This document shows positions 15,330-23,461 of a stretch of 32,000 nt of DNA, in pieces; position 1 is the stretch's first letter; every line of letters begins with the position of its first letter. The notes under the pieces were generated by a model. That model had not been told where the DNA came from. It ran no database searches and was given only the letters and a program-made list of their open reading frames with translations. Both the position numbers and the translations under genes were made by a program. The stretch comes from Thermofilum adornatum (GTDB lineage: Archaea > Thermoproteota > Thermoprotei > Thermofilales > Thermofilaceae), in assembly GCF_000446015.1 (NCBI RefSeq), contig NC_022093.1, positions 900,001 to 932,000 of the forward strand. Direction: 5' to 3'.

Positions 15330-16875
15330 CGTAGTTGTCCTAGACTTTGGAGGGCAATATGCACACTTAATAGCCAGGAGAATCCGTGAACTAAACTATC
15401 ACTCATTGCTTTTGCCGTACGATGCCAGCCTAGAAGAGATACAGCGTTTAAATCCCGTCGCCGTCATATTGTCAGGTGGACCCGCAAGCATATACGAGGC
15501 CAACGCGCCAAAGCCAAGCAAAGAGGTTTCGCATTGGCTCCTAAGTGGAGAGGTACCAGTTCTAGGGATATGTTACGGCCACCAGCTGTTGGCAGACATG
15601 CTTGGTGGAGAGGTTCAAAGGCGAGATGAAGCGGAATATGGCTTAAGCAAAATGAATGTGTTGCAGGACGACGAACTCTTCCGCGGGACCCCAAAAGAGC
15701 AAACCGTTTGGATGTCCCATAGGGACGCCGTTGTAAGGTTACCGCCCGACACTATTAGACTAGCTGAAACAAACTATTCCTACGTAGCGGCATTTAGACA
15801 CATAGCTAAGCCTATATACGGTGTCCAGTTTCATCCAGAGGTCAAGCACACCGAGCATGGAATGACGATTCTGAGAAACTTCTTAGCAAGAATAACGGGG
15901 GCACAGCCAAACTGGTTTGTAGAAGACGTCGTCGAAGAAAAAATAAAGGAGCTAAAGAAAAAAACTCGTGGAAACGTACTAGTCGCTGTTAGTGGTGGAG
16001 TAGACTCAATAACTACGGCAACAATAATGTTAAGAGTTTTTGGTTCAAACAGTGTTCACATAGTTTTCGTAGATACGGGTTTACTCCGTGAAGGTGAGCC
16101 TGAAAGGGTACTTAAAACCCTAAAATCTCTTGGCTTTGAGCACATCCACTTTGTTGACGCCAAAAAATTGTTTCTCTCAAGGCTAAAAGGTGTAACGGAC
16201 CCAGAAGAGAAAAGAAAAATTATTGCGGAAACATTTCGTGAAATCTTTGTTTCAACAGTCATGGAAGTCGAGAAAAAATATGGCCAGATAAATTATCTGG
16301 CCCAAGGAACAATTTATCCAGACAGAGTAGAAAGTGGAAAAACAAGCCGAGCAACAGCGAAAATAAAGAGCCACCACAATGTAGTAATGGGCCAGCTCCC
16401 AGGCATAGAGATCCTAGAGCCCCTAGCAGACTTCTATAAAGATGAGGTCAGAAAAATTGCTCTTAAACTAGGAATACCGGAAGAGATAGTGTACCAGCAC
16501 CCGTTTCCTGGGCCTGGTTTAGCAGTAAGAATAATTGGCGAGGTGACCGAGGATAAACTTTCCATTTTAAGGAAAGCGACAAAAATCGTTGAAGAAGAGT
16601 TCCTGAAAAGTGGATGGTACCGTAAAGTGTGGCAGGCATTCCCTGTTCTACTTTCGTTGAAGACTGTAGGTGTCAAGGGCGACGTCAGAAGCTATGAATA
16701 CGTGGTGGCTTTAAGAGTCGTTGAAAGCGAAGACGCTATGACTGCAAACTTTGTTAAGCTACCATGGGAACTTCTCGACAGAATATCGCACAGGATTACA
16801 AATGAGGTTGAAGGAGTGAATAGAGTTCTCTACGACATTACTAATAAGCCGCCAGCTACAATCGAATTCGAATAG
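15304..16875 (+). CDS. guaA: GMP synthase (glutamine-hydrolysing), fused GATase + ATP-pyrophosphatase
   Basis: The GATase domain shows VLDFGGQYAHLIARRIREL, GICYGHQL (nucleophile Cys) and FHPEV. The PP-loop is VAVSGGVDS. The C-terminal dimerisation domain ends KPPATIEFE. ATG 15304 is preferred over TTG 15283. The gene overlaps the upstream gene by 26 nt. Confidence 0.95.
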   Translation: MHSKNTDYSVVVLDFGGQYAHLIARRIRELNYHSLLLPYDASLEEIQRLNPVAVILSGGPASIYEANAPKPSKEVSHWLLSGEVPVLGICYGHQLLADMLGGEVQRRDEAEYGLSKMNVLQDDELFRGTPKEQTVWMSHRDAVVRLPPDTIRLAETNYSYVAAFRHIAKPIYGVQFHPEVKHTEHGMTILRNFLARITGAQPNWFVEDVVEEKIKELKKKTRGNVLVAVSGGVDSITTATIMLRVFGSNSVHIVFVDTGLLREGEPERVLKTLKSLGFEHIHFVDAKKLFLSRLKGVTDPEEKRKIIAETFREIFVSTVMEVEKKYGQINYLAQGTIYPDRVESGKTSRATAKIKSHHNVVMGQLPGIEILEPLADFYKDEVRKIALKLGIPEEIVYQHPFPGPGLAVRIIGEVTEDKLSILRKATKIVEEEFLKSGWYRKVWQAFPVLLSLKTVGVKGDVRSYEYVVALRVVESEDAMTANFVKLPWELLDRISHRITNEVEGVNRVLYDITNKPPATIEFE

Positions 16876-16883
16876 GGGACAGC

Positions 16884-16888
16884 TTTTT
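16884..16888 (+). terminator. oligo-T tract downstream of guaA
   Basis: A T5 run lies 9 nt after the guaA stop. Archaeal termination typically uses oligo-T tracts. Confidence 0.4.
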
Positions 16889-17000
16889 CATCCCAAATGA
16901 ATCAGTTTTCTCCTTATTGTCTTGTCAAGAATGTTGACTCATGTAGTTGTTAAATTAGTTAAACTAAAAAATTTTAAATTTTCCCTAATTCGAACAGCCC

Positions 17001-17720
17001 GTGAAGATACAAAGGTCTCTAGAAATAACACTGATTGCAATATGCGCAGCGCTCTATGCGGCCCTCGGCATAGCTACCTACCTAGGTCTATTTACCCCTA
17101 TCCTTAGCACTGTTCGCTTTTGGCCTTCCGTATTTGTGCCAGCAATATTCTCGATCGCTTTCTCGCCTATGATAGGTGGGGTTGGCGCAGCCATAGGAAT
17201 TTTTATCAGTGACATGGTTGTTCACGGGAATCCTCTGTTGAGTCTAACCGTAGGCGTCCCAGCAAATTTCTTGGGCTTCTATACAATAGGCTACCTTTAT
17301 AGGAAGCTGAGAGACGAAAAAAAGATTATAATGCTTATTTTCTCAGAACTCCTCCTAACTACTCTAATCCTTGTTGCATTGCTCTACTTCAATCTCCTAG
17401 ATTACTCTTTCCTATTCGCGGCAATTATAGCCATAATTGCAACGGCCCTGCCAGCGATTCTACTGAAGGGCGAAGATAGGAGAATAGTGGTTTCAGGATC
17501 TACTGGACTCATGCTTGGGTCAGCCTACATAGGTATAGGTGTCTGGGTTTTCAGCCAGTTCTTTACATTACCCAGTGGACAAGCATATCTGCCAGGCTGG
17601 GCTGCCCTCGTCTGGTTCTTGTGGACATATCTGACAGAGATACCCTTTATCGCGATTCTAACACCCCCAGTCGTAAAGGTTCTAAAAAGCTCAGGCATAA
17701 CTTTTGGCGAGGAAAAATGA
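17001..17720 (+). CDS. polytopic membrane protein, ECF-transporter S-component-like
   Basis: GTG start. By eye there are about 7 hydrophobic helices. LEITLIAICAALYAALGIA and FSPMIGGVGAAIGIFISDMV resemble the first helices of ECF S components. The TATA-like aaaaattttaaatttt lies ~26 nt upstream. The stop TGA (17718-17720) overlaps the next ATG. Confidence 0.6.
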   Translation: MKIQRSLEITLIAICAALYAALGIATYLGLFTPILSTVRFWPSVFVPAIFSIAFSPMIGGVGAAIGIFISDMVVHGNPLLSLTVGVPANFLGFYTIGYLYRKLRDEKKIIMLIFSELLLTTLILVALLYFNLLDYSFLFAAIIAIIATALPAILLKGEDRRIVVSGSTGLMLGSAYIGIGVWVFSQFFTLPSGQAYLPGWAALVWFLWTYLTEIPFIAILTPPVVKVLKSSGITFGEEK

Positions 17721-18604
17721 GATGTGCCTCTGCTTGGAGCCCGGCTGGCCTTAGCGGAATATTTGAGACACACATAGTCGAGGATCCATTGTTAACGGGG
17801 GCCAGAGGTGCAGGATTAGCGCTGAAAAAGGGTGTCACAGTTACAGCTTGTGAAAGCGAGCAACAAGGAGTCAAAATCAGTATTAGTGACGGCGGCAAGA
17901 TAATCCCAACAGTCAGTACCGTCGCGAAGAAGCTGTTGTCTATGTTCCCTGGACAGCTTGGAGTCGAAATCTATGTTGATGTATCTGTTCCAATTGGTGG
18001 CGGACTAGGCACAAGTGGTGCAAGTGCTCTAGCCACGGCTCTCGCTCTGGGACGGCTACTAGGATTAAGGCTAAGCTACCTAGATCTAGCAAAAATTGCA
18101 CATGTTGCAGAGGTGGAATGCAAGACAGGACTAGGAACGGTTTCGGGGCTTGTTGCAGGTGGCGTTGTTATTGTTGTTAGACCAGGAGCGCCTGGAAACG
18201 ATCTAGTAGATAGGCTCCTCTTTGACAAGGACATGAAAGCGATTATAGGCTTTTTTGGAAGCCGAAGCAAGCCGGAGATCTTGTCTTCAGCTAGCTTACC
18301 TTTAATAGACGCCGTTGGAAAGAGGTTGATAGACGAGCTTATTCGTGAAAGATCGTTAGAAAAACTACTTGAGGTTTCCAAGAGATTTTCTCTGGAAACA
18401 GGGCTAGCGACTGAGAACGTTAAGAGAGCCTTCAATGCCCTAGAAGAGGCAGGAATACCATACGCAGGGCAGACACAGATAGGGGACGCTGTATTCACCG
18501 TAGTGCACGACGAGCAAGTAGATAAGGCAGTAGAGGTCTTAAATAACCTCAAAGCAAAAACTATTGTTTCGGAGATAAGCTGGGAACCCGCAAGACTCGT
18601 CTAG
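17717..18604 (+). CDS. GHMP-family kinase, most likely archaeal pantoate kinase (COG1829 type)
   Basis: PIGGGLGTSGASALATALAL is GHMP motif 2. The N-terminus AWSPAGLSGIFE...GARGAGLALKKGVTV resembles the pantoate kinase family N-terminus. ATG 17717 overlaps the upstream stop as ATGA. The 17621 extension lies inside the membrane-protein gene. Confidence 0.7.
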   Translation: MRCASAWSPAGLSGIFETHIVEDPLLTGARGAGLALKKGVTVTACESEQQGVKISISDGGKIIPTVSTVAKKLLSMFPGQLGVEIYVDVSVPIGGGLGTSGASALATALALGRLLGLRLSYLDLAKIAHVAEVECKTGLGTVSGLVAGGVVIVVRPGAPGNDLVDRLLFDKDMKAIIGFFGSRSKPEILSSASLPLIDAVGKRLIDELIRERSLEKLLEVSKRFSLETGLATENVKRAFNALEEAGIPYAGQTQIGDAVFTVVHDEQVDKAVEVLNNLKAKTIVSEISWEPARLV

Positions 18605-18643
18605 GCAGTAAACATTTTTAGTCCTCTAGTGCATATCTACCAC

Positions 18644-18925
18644 ATGACTAGACTTGTAAGAGCTCACATTATTGTATCTGGCCTTGTCCAGGGAGTTTTC
18701 TATAGGGCAACCATGCAGGAGGTTGCAAGGAGTCTGGGAGTAACTGGCTGGGTACGTAACCTACCAGATGGGAGAGTAGAAGCCGTTGCCGAGGGAGACG
18801 AGGAAGCCGTAAAAAAACTTATAGAATGGGCTTGGCGTGGACCCCCAATGGCAAGAGTAGAAAATGTTGAGGTAAAGTGGGAGGATTATAGGGGAGAGTT
18901 TAGGGACTTTTATATTCGTTGGTGA
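18644..18925 (+). CDS. acyP: acylphosphatase
   Basis: [14 protein letters not shown] and [17 protein letters not shown] are the two acylphosphatase signatures. Starting from ATG 18644 gives 93 aa. Confidence 0.9.
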   Translation: MTRLVRAHIIVSGLVQGVFYRATMQEVARSLGVTGWVRNLPDGRVEAVAEGDEEAVKKLIEWAWRGPPMARVENVEVKWEDYRGEFRDFYIRW

Positions 18926-18931
18926 TAAGTT

Positions 18932-20152
18932 TTGAGGAAGCTTCACAGTGTAGGCAGGGTTATAGAAGAATCATTAAAGTTCCTTAGGTTACCCAGCGTT
19001 ATCAAGGTGCCCGTAACAGACTCTCTTGGGCTATACTCAGCCGAGGATGTCTATTCATCCTTTAAGCTTCCCCCAAGACCTAAAACCGTTGTCGACGGTT
19101 ACGCGGTTAGGTCTCGCGATGTAGAGGCCGCCGGACCTAGCACTCCAGTAGTGCTCAGGAAAATCGAGGGCGTTATAAGGCCAAGTTCTAAGGAGGAAAT
19201 GGTTCTGCCTGAAGGCTACGCCGCCAAGATAGAAACTGGAGCTCTTCTACCAGAGGGCGCAGACGCCGTGGTGCCTATTGAAGATGTAGTAGAAAAAGAG
19301 GATCGAGTATATATCTACAAACGTTTGGCCCAATGGGAAAATGTCTCCTTGCCTGGCGAAGAATACGATACTGATATAAGGATAGTGGGACAGGGCGAAA
19401 GAATACAGCCACACAGCGTTGCAGGCCTCATGTTGGAAGGAAAAGAAACCGTAAATGTTTATGATTTCAGCGCCAGTATACTTAACATAGGCGACGAGAT
19501 AATCTCCCAAACATTCTTCAGACCATACACGCACATATTTGTAGCCTCATGGCTAAAAACCCTGGGCGTGAACGTTAGTTCAATAGACTTCTCGCCGGAC
19601 TCTGTGGAACATATAGTTAGCTGGTTAAAGAAAAGGAAGGAGTGGCTAACCGTACTTATAGGTGGGACATCGATGGGTGGACACGACTTGACAGTGCAAG
19701 CTATAAACAAGCTAGAGCCGGAATACATTGTTCACGGCTTGGCCCTTCAGCCGGGGAAAACTGCGTGCGTGGCTGTGAAGGACGGCAGGCTCATATTGGC
19801 TATTAGTGGGCTTCCTGTTGCTGCGTTATCAACTCTTGAGGTTTTCTTTAGGCCTCTTGCTAGGAAGCTAGGGATGCAGGTTCCGCTATTACCCACGATA
19901 AGGGCTAAACTTACAAGGCGCATCTCGGTGAAAATGGGTGTTATAGGCTTTGCCAGGGTGCGTGTTTACCGGGAAAACGAAGAGTACTATGCTGAACCAG
20001 TAATGCTAGGGGGGTCTGGTGCTTTGGCAAGTCTCCTCAGGGGCAACGGCTACGTCATAGTGCCTGAAGGGGTTGAGGGGTACGATGAAGGCGAAACTGT
20101 AGAGGTTAATTTGTACCGAGAGGTGGAAAATATTGGAGAGAAAAATATTTAG
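18932..20152 (+). CDS. moeA: molybdopterin molybdenum/tungsten transferase MoeA
   Basis: VDGYAVRS and GGTSMGGHDL are family motifs, and the length (406 aa) fits MoeA. The TTG start is preceded by the perfect SD GGTGAT (18921-18926), which spans the acyP stop codon. Confidence 0.9.
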   Translation: MRKLHSVGRVIEESLKFLRLPSVIKVPVTDSLGLYSAEDVYSSFKLPPRPKTVVDGYAVRSRDVEAAGPSTPVVLRKIEGVIRPSSKEEMVLPEGYAAKIETGALLPEGADAVVPIEDVVEKEDRVYIYKRLAQWENVSLPGEEYDTDIRIVGQGERIQPHSVAGLMLEGKETVNVYDFSASILNIGDEIISQTFFRPYTHIFVASWLKTLGVNVSSIDFSPDSVEHIVSWLKKRKEWLTVLIGGTSMGGHDLTVQAINKLEPEYIVHGLALQPGKTACVAVKDGRLILAISGLPVAALSTLEVFFRPLARKLGMQVPLLPTIRAKLTRRISVKMGVIGFARVRVYRENEEYYAEPVMLGGSGALASLLRGNGYVIVPEGVEGYDEGETVEVNLYREVENIGEKNI

Positions 20153-22079
20153 AAAAATGGTAAGCGTCGACGAAGTAATCCCACTTATAGAGTCTTACAG
20201 GCCGCTTAATCCACTAGGAGAAGTAGAAGTCTCCTTGAAGGAGGCAATAGGGCGGGTCTTAAGCAGAAACATTTTTTCACCCTCCAATTATCCTCCATAC
20301 ACTAGGGCAACAGTAGACGGCTACGCTGTAATAAGTGAAGACCTAGCGGGAGTATACGAGGATAGGCCAAAAACCTTGAAGCTTGTCGGGAAAGTGGCTA
20401 CCGGAGAGACCAAGTTGCTTAGACTAGAAAGAGGACAATGTGTAGAAGTCTCTACTGGCGCAGTTGTTCCCTATCCTGCAGATGCCGTCGTGTTAATTGA
20501 GCATACGCACGCGAGGAATGGCGAAGTAGAGTTTTACCGCTCGGTAGCCAGAGGTGAAAACATTGACATTGCTGGTTCCGATATTGCTGAAGGAGAAGTT
20601 GTCGCGTGGAAAGGGACTATAGTCACCCCACTTCTAGTTTCAGTATTAGCAGCTGTAGGGATAGACAAGGTATGGGTATATAGGCCGGTTCGCCTAGGAA
20701 TAATTCCCACAGGCAACGAACTGAAAACTCCAGGAGAAAAGCTCGAATACGGACAAATCTATGACTCCAACTCAACAATGATCTATGCCTATGCAAAGTC
20801 CATAGGAGCAGAGCCCAAGATATATCCCCGCGTACACGATGTAGTTGAAGAAATAGAAGAAGCTCTACACAAGGCATTAAATGAAAACGATATAGTAGCA
20901 ACGATTGGCGGAACCTCTGCCGGCCTAGAGGATAAAACCTACAGGGTTCTAAGCAGGCTCGAACCAGGAATCATACTCCATGGTGTAAGAGAAAAGCCCG
21001 GCAGACCCCTCGCTGTAGCCGTCCACGGAGACAAGATAGTCTTCGCGTTGCCCGGCTTCCCACTTTCATGTCTGCTAACAGTCAACCTCTACCTTCTTCC
21101 CGTAATACTAAAGCTTCAAGGCACGCCTAAAAGTGAGGTCCCAACAATAAAGGCACGCATAGAGACACCTATCCGTGGAGAACCAGGTATAAGGGTATTT
21201 GTGCCCGCAATCCTGAAGCACAACGGAGAAATGAAGGCTTACCCCCTAACGGGTCACAGCGGACGTGTGTCGGCAATGTCACTATTAGACGGCTATATAA
21301 TTGTTCCAGAGGACACAGAACACCTTCCAGAAGGGACAGAAGTCGACGTGCTATTAAACCCATTCCAGAAAAACTATGAACTAAACATTATTGGTTCCCA
21401 TGACCCACTGTTACAATCCATAGTTGCAAATCTGCCAGGCTACGACAAAGTACGCATGGTCAACGTCGGCTCGCTCTCAGGGCTCCAAGCACTAAAAAGC
21501 GGAGTAGCAGACATGGCTGGAACACACCTACTTGACCCAGCTACGGGAGAATACAATTTACCAATTATAAGACAGCTCGACATTAAACAAGCACTAGTTC
21601 TCATAGGCTATAAGCGAGAACAGGGCTTCATATATAGGAAAAACACAGAACTAGTTTCTTCATTTAAAGATATAGTCGATAAACATCTACGCTTCGTCAA
21701 CAGGAATCCCGGAAGCGGTACACGTGTACTCATTGATCACATGTTAGAAGAGGAATCACGTCAACTAGGAATATCGCCTGAAGAGATGAAGAAAAGGCTT
21801 ACTGGCTATACCTTTGAGGTTAAAACCCACGAGGCAGTAGCTTACCTCATTAGCAGGGGAATAGTTGACGTAGGAATAGGTGTAAAATATATTGCTGAGA
21901 GATATGGTCTAGAGTTTAAACCTATCACAAGCGAGAGATATGACATCGTGATAAGAAGAGAAGCCTATACAAATAAATTAGTGAGCCAAATAATAGAAAA
22001 AATCAGGAACCTAGACAAAGCGACGCTACCCGCAGGATATTCTTTGGACACGAAAACTGGAACAATAATAGAGTTGTAA
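20133..22079 (+). CDS. moeA: MoeA paralogue fused to a C-terminal periplasmic-binding-protein-like (PBP_like) domain
   Basis: VDGYAVISEDL and IGGTSAGLEDKT are MoeA motifs. The C-terminal ~250 aa (IIGSHDPLL...VGSLSGLQALKSGVADMAGTHLLDPATGEYN) matches the PBP-like domain commonly fused to archaeal MoeA. The start is either TTG 20133 (GAGGTG at 20120-20125) or the in-frame ATG 20157, just after the upstream stop. Confidence 0.9.
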   Translation: MERKIFRKMVSVDEVIPLIESYRPLNPLGEVEVSLKEAIGRVLSRNIFSPSNYPPYTRATVDGYAVISEDLAGVYEDRPKTLKLVGKVATGETKLLRLERGQCVEVSTGAVVPYPADAVVLIEHTHARNGEVEFYRSVARGENIDIAGSDIAEGEVVAWKGTIVTPLLVSVLAAVGIDKVWVYRPVRLGIIPTGNELKTPGEKLEYGQIYDSNSTMIYAYAKSIGAEPKIYPRVHDVVEEIEEALHKALNENDIVATIGGTSAGLEDKTYRVLSRLEPGIILHGVREKPGRPLAVAVHGDKIVFALPGFPLSCLLTVNLYLLPVILKLQGTPKSEVPTIKARIETPIRGEPGIRVFVPAILKHNGEMKAYPLTGHSGRVSAMSLLDGYIIVPEDTEHLPEGTEVDVLLNPFQKNYELNIIGSHDPLLQSIVANLPGYDKVRMVNVGSLSGLQALKSGVADMAGTHLLDPATGEYNLPIIRQLDIKQALVLIGYKREQGFIYRKNTELVSSFKDIVDKHLRFVNRNPGSGTRVLIDHMLEEESRQLGISPEEMKKRLTGYTFEVKTHEAVAYLISRGIVDVGIGVKYIAERYGLEFKPITSERYDIVIRREAYTNKLVSQIIEKIRNLDKATLPAGYSLDTKTGTIIEL

Positions 22080-22150
22080 AGGAACAAGGACCAATCAAAC
22101 ACGAAGGCACTAATTAAATCATATATAGAATTATAGTTTTTACGATTTCA

Positions 22151-22198
22151 TTACATAGTTATAAGCAAAAAGTACATAAGATAGCCAATTCTATGTAA
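22151..22198 (+). promoter_or_regulatory. 8-bp perfect inverted repeat TTACATAG (22151-22158) / CTATGTAA (22191-22198) upstream of pstS
   Basis: I checked the arms by reverse complement. They flank the TATA-like ttataagcaaaaag and a related GTACATAAGATAG element. ATG 22205 lies 7 nt beyond the right arm. Confidence 0.35.
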
Positions 22199-22204
22199 CC
22201 ATGT

Positions 22205-23365
22205 ATGAGTCAAAGACAAAACTATAAAAAAATAATAGTAATCGCCATAGCGATAGTAGTAGTACTGGCTGGACTATTCATCTTCTCTGCAAACAAGCCT
22301 GCTCAACAACAAGCCTCTCAACAGCAACCATCCCAGCAATCATCACAACAAGCTTCTCAGCCAGTGCTCCTAAAGGGAAGTGGTGCAACTTTTCCCGAGG
22401 CCCAGCTCAGAAAATGGATACAAGTCTTTACTTCTACAAATACAGATATAAAGATTGAATACAGCGCTGTAGGTAGTGGCCAAGGAGTAAGCGACTTCAT
22501 TAATGGTCTTACGACCTTTGGTTGCTCGGATGTTCCACTGACAATTGAACAGCTGAACCAGGCTAAAAACAAATATGGGATTGTTTATCAAGTTCCCTAC
22601 CTTCTCGGAGGAATAGCGGTAGTGTACAATGTACCGGAGCTAAAAGACAAACAACCACTCAAGCTTACACCAGAAGTTCTCGTAGACATCCTCCTCGGAA
22701 AAATAAATTATTGGGATGACCCAAAGATAAAGGAACTAAACCCTGAAGTCGCGAATCTCTTACCGCACAAAGAGATATACTTTATTCATAGAAGTGACGG
22801 CAGTGGAACAACAGCTGTCTTCACGTCTTACCTGAGCTTTGTCTCGAGCGAATGGAAAACAAAAGTTGGAACTGGGAAAACGGTTCAATGGCCTCTTGAC
22901 TCGATGGGAAGAGGACAAGGTGCACAAGGAAATACAGGTGTTGCAAGCATGGTTCAGCAAACACCGTACTCCATGGGATATGTCGAACTGGCATATATGA
23001 AGGGAATGGGTGTGGTAGCTTTAAGAAACAATGCAGGTAAATTCGTACAACCTTCTCCTGAAAGGGTCAGTTTAGCCGTTAAAAGCTTGGATGTCGATTT
23101 TACTAGTGATATATACAGTTTAGACCTTCTATCGAAGATCTTTGGAACAACAGATCCAGATGCCTATCCAATCTCTTCCCCAACTTACATGTTTCTCAAG
23201 TCTCCTGACAACTACGACCTAAACACGAGAAAGGCACTTGCAAGATGGTTACAGTTTATAGCTACAGACGGTCAGAAGCCAGAAAATATTGCAGAAGGTT
23301 ATGCGCCAATACCACAAAGTATTTCACAGAAAATACTTCAGCTATCTCAACTTTTTGGTAAATAA
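22205..23365 (+). CDS. pstS: phosphate ABC transporter substrate-binding protein PstS, N-terminal membrane anchor and Q/S-rich linker
   Basis: LKGSGATFPEAQLRKWIQVF and HRSDGSGTTAVFTSYL match the PstS phosphate-binding motifs. The N-terminal hydrophobic helix is IIVIAIAIVVVLAGLFIF. It is followed by the linker AQQQASQQQPSQQSSQQASQ. Confidence 0.92.
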   Translation: MSQRQNYKKIIVIAIAIVVVLAGLFIFSANKPAQQQASQQQPSQQSSQQASQPVLLKGSGATFPEAQLRKWIQVFTSTNTDIKIEYSAVGSGQGVSDFINGLTTFGCSDVPLTIEQLNQAKNKYGIVYQVPYLLGGIAVVYNVPELKDKQPLKLTPEVLVDILLGKINYWDDPKIKELNPEVANLLPHKEIYFIHRSDGSGTTAVFTSYLSFVSSEWKTKVGTGKTVQWPLDSMGRGQGAQGNTGVASMVQQTPYSMGYVELAYMKGMGVVALRNNAGKFVQPSPERVSLAVKSLDVDFTSDIYSLDLLSKIFGTTDPDAYPISSPTYMFLKSPDNYDLNTRKALARWLQFIATDGQKPENIAEGYAPIPQSISQKILQLSQLFGK

Positions 23366-23388
23366 ATAAAATATTTTCTTTCTATATA

Positions 23389-23399
23389 TTTTTGTTTTT
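23389..23399 (+). terminator. two adjacent T5 tracts downstream of pstS
   Basis: The sequence tttttgttttt lies 24 nt after the pstS stop. It is a plausible partial terminator that would decouple pstS from pstCAB. Confidence 0.4.
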
Positions 23400-23400
23400 C

Positions 23401-23417
23401 ATGTTTATCATAAACAT
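23401..23417. promoter_or_regulatory. 17-bp perfect palindrome ATGTTTAT-c-ATAAACAT between pstS and pstC
   Basis: The 8-bp arms were verified by reverse complement. The palindrome sits between the T tracts and the TATA-like ctatatatac (23421-23430), which is ~26 nt upstream of a position about 10 nt before the pstC ATG. Confidence 0.45.
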
Positions 23418-23461
23418 AAACTATATATACTTGGCTACGAAATACTTAGTGAGTGTAAGTT

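Noticed and set aside
17621-17716. A 32-aa N-terminal extension of the pantoate-kinase ORF.
   Set aside because: It lies wholly inside the membrane-protein gene in another frame. The ATGA stop/start overlap at 17717-17720 is the typical coupled junction, and the family N-terminus begins there.
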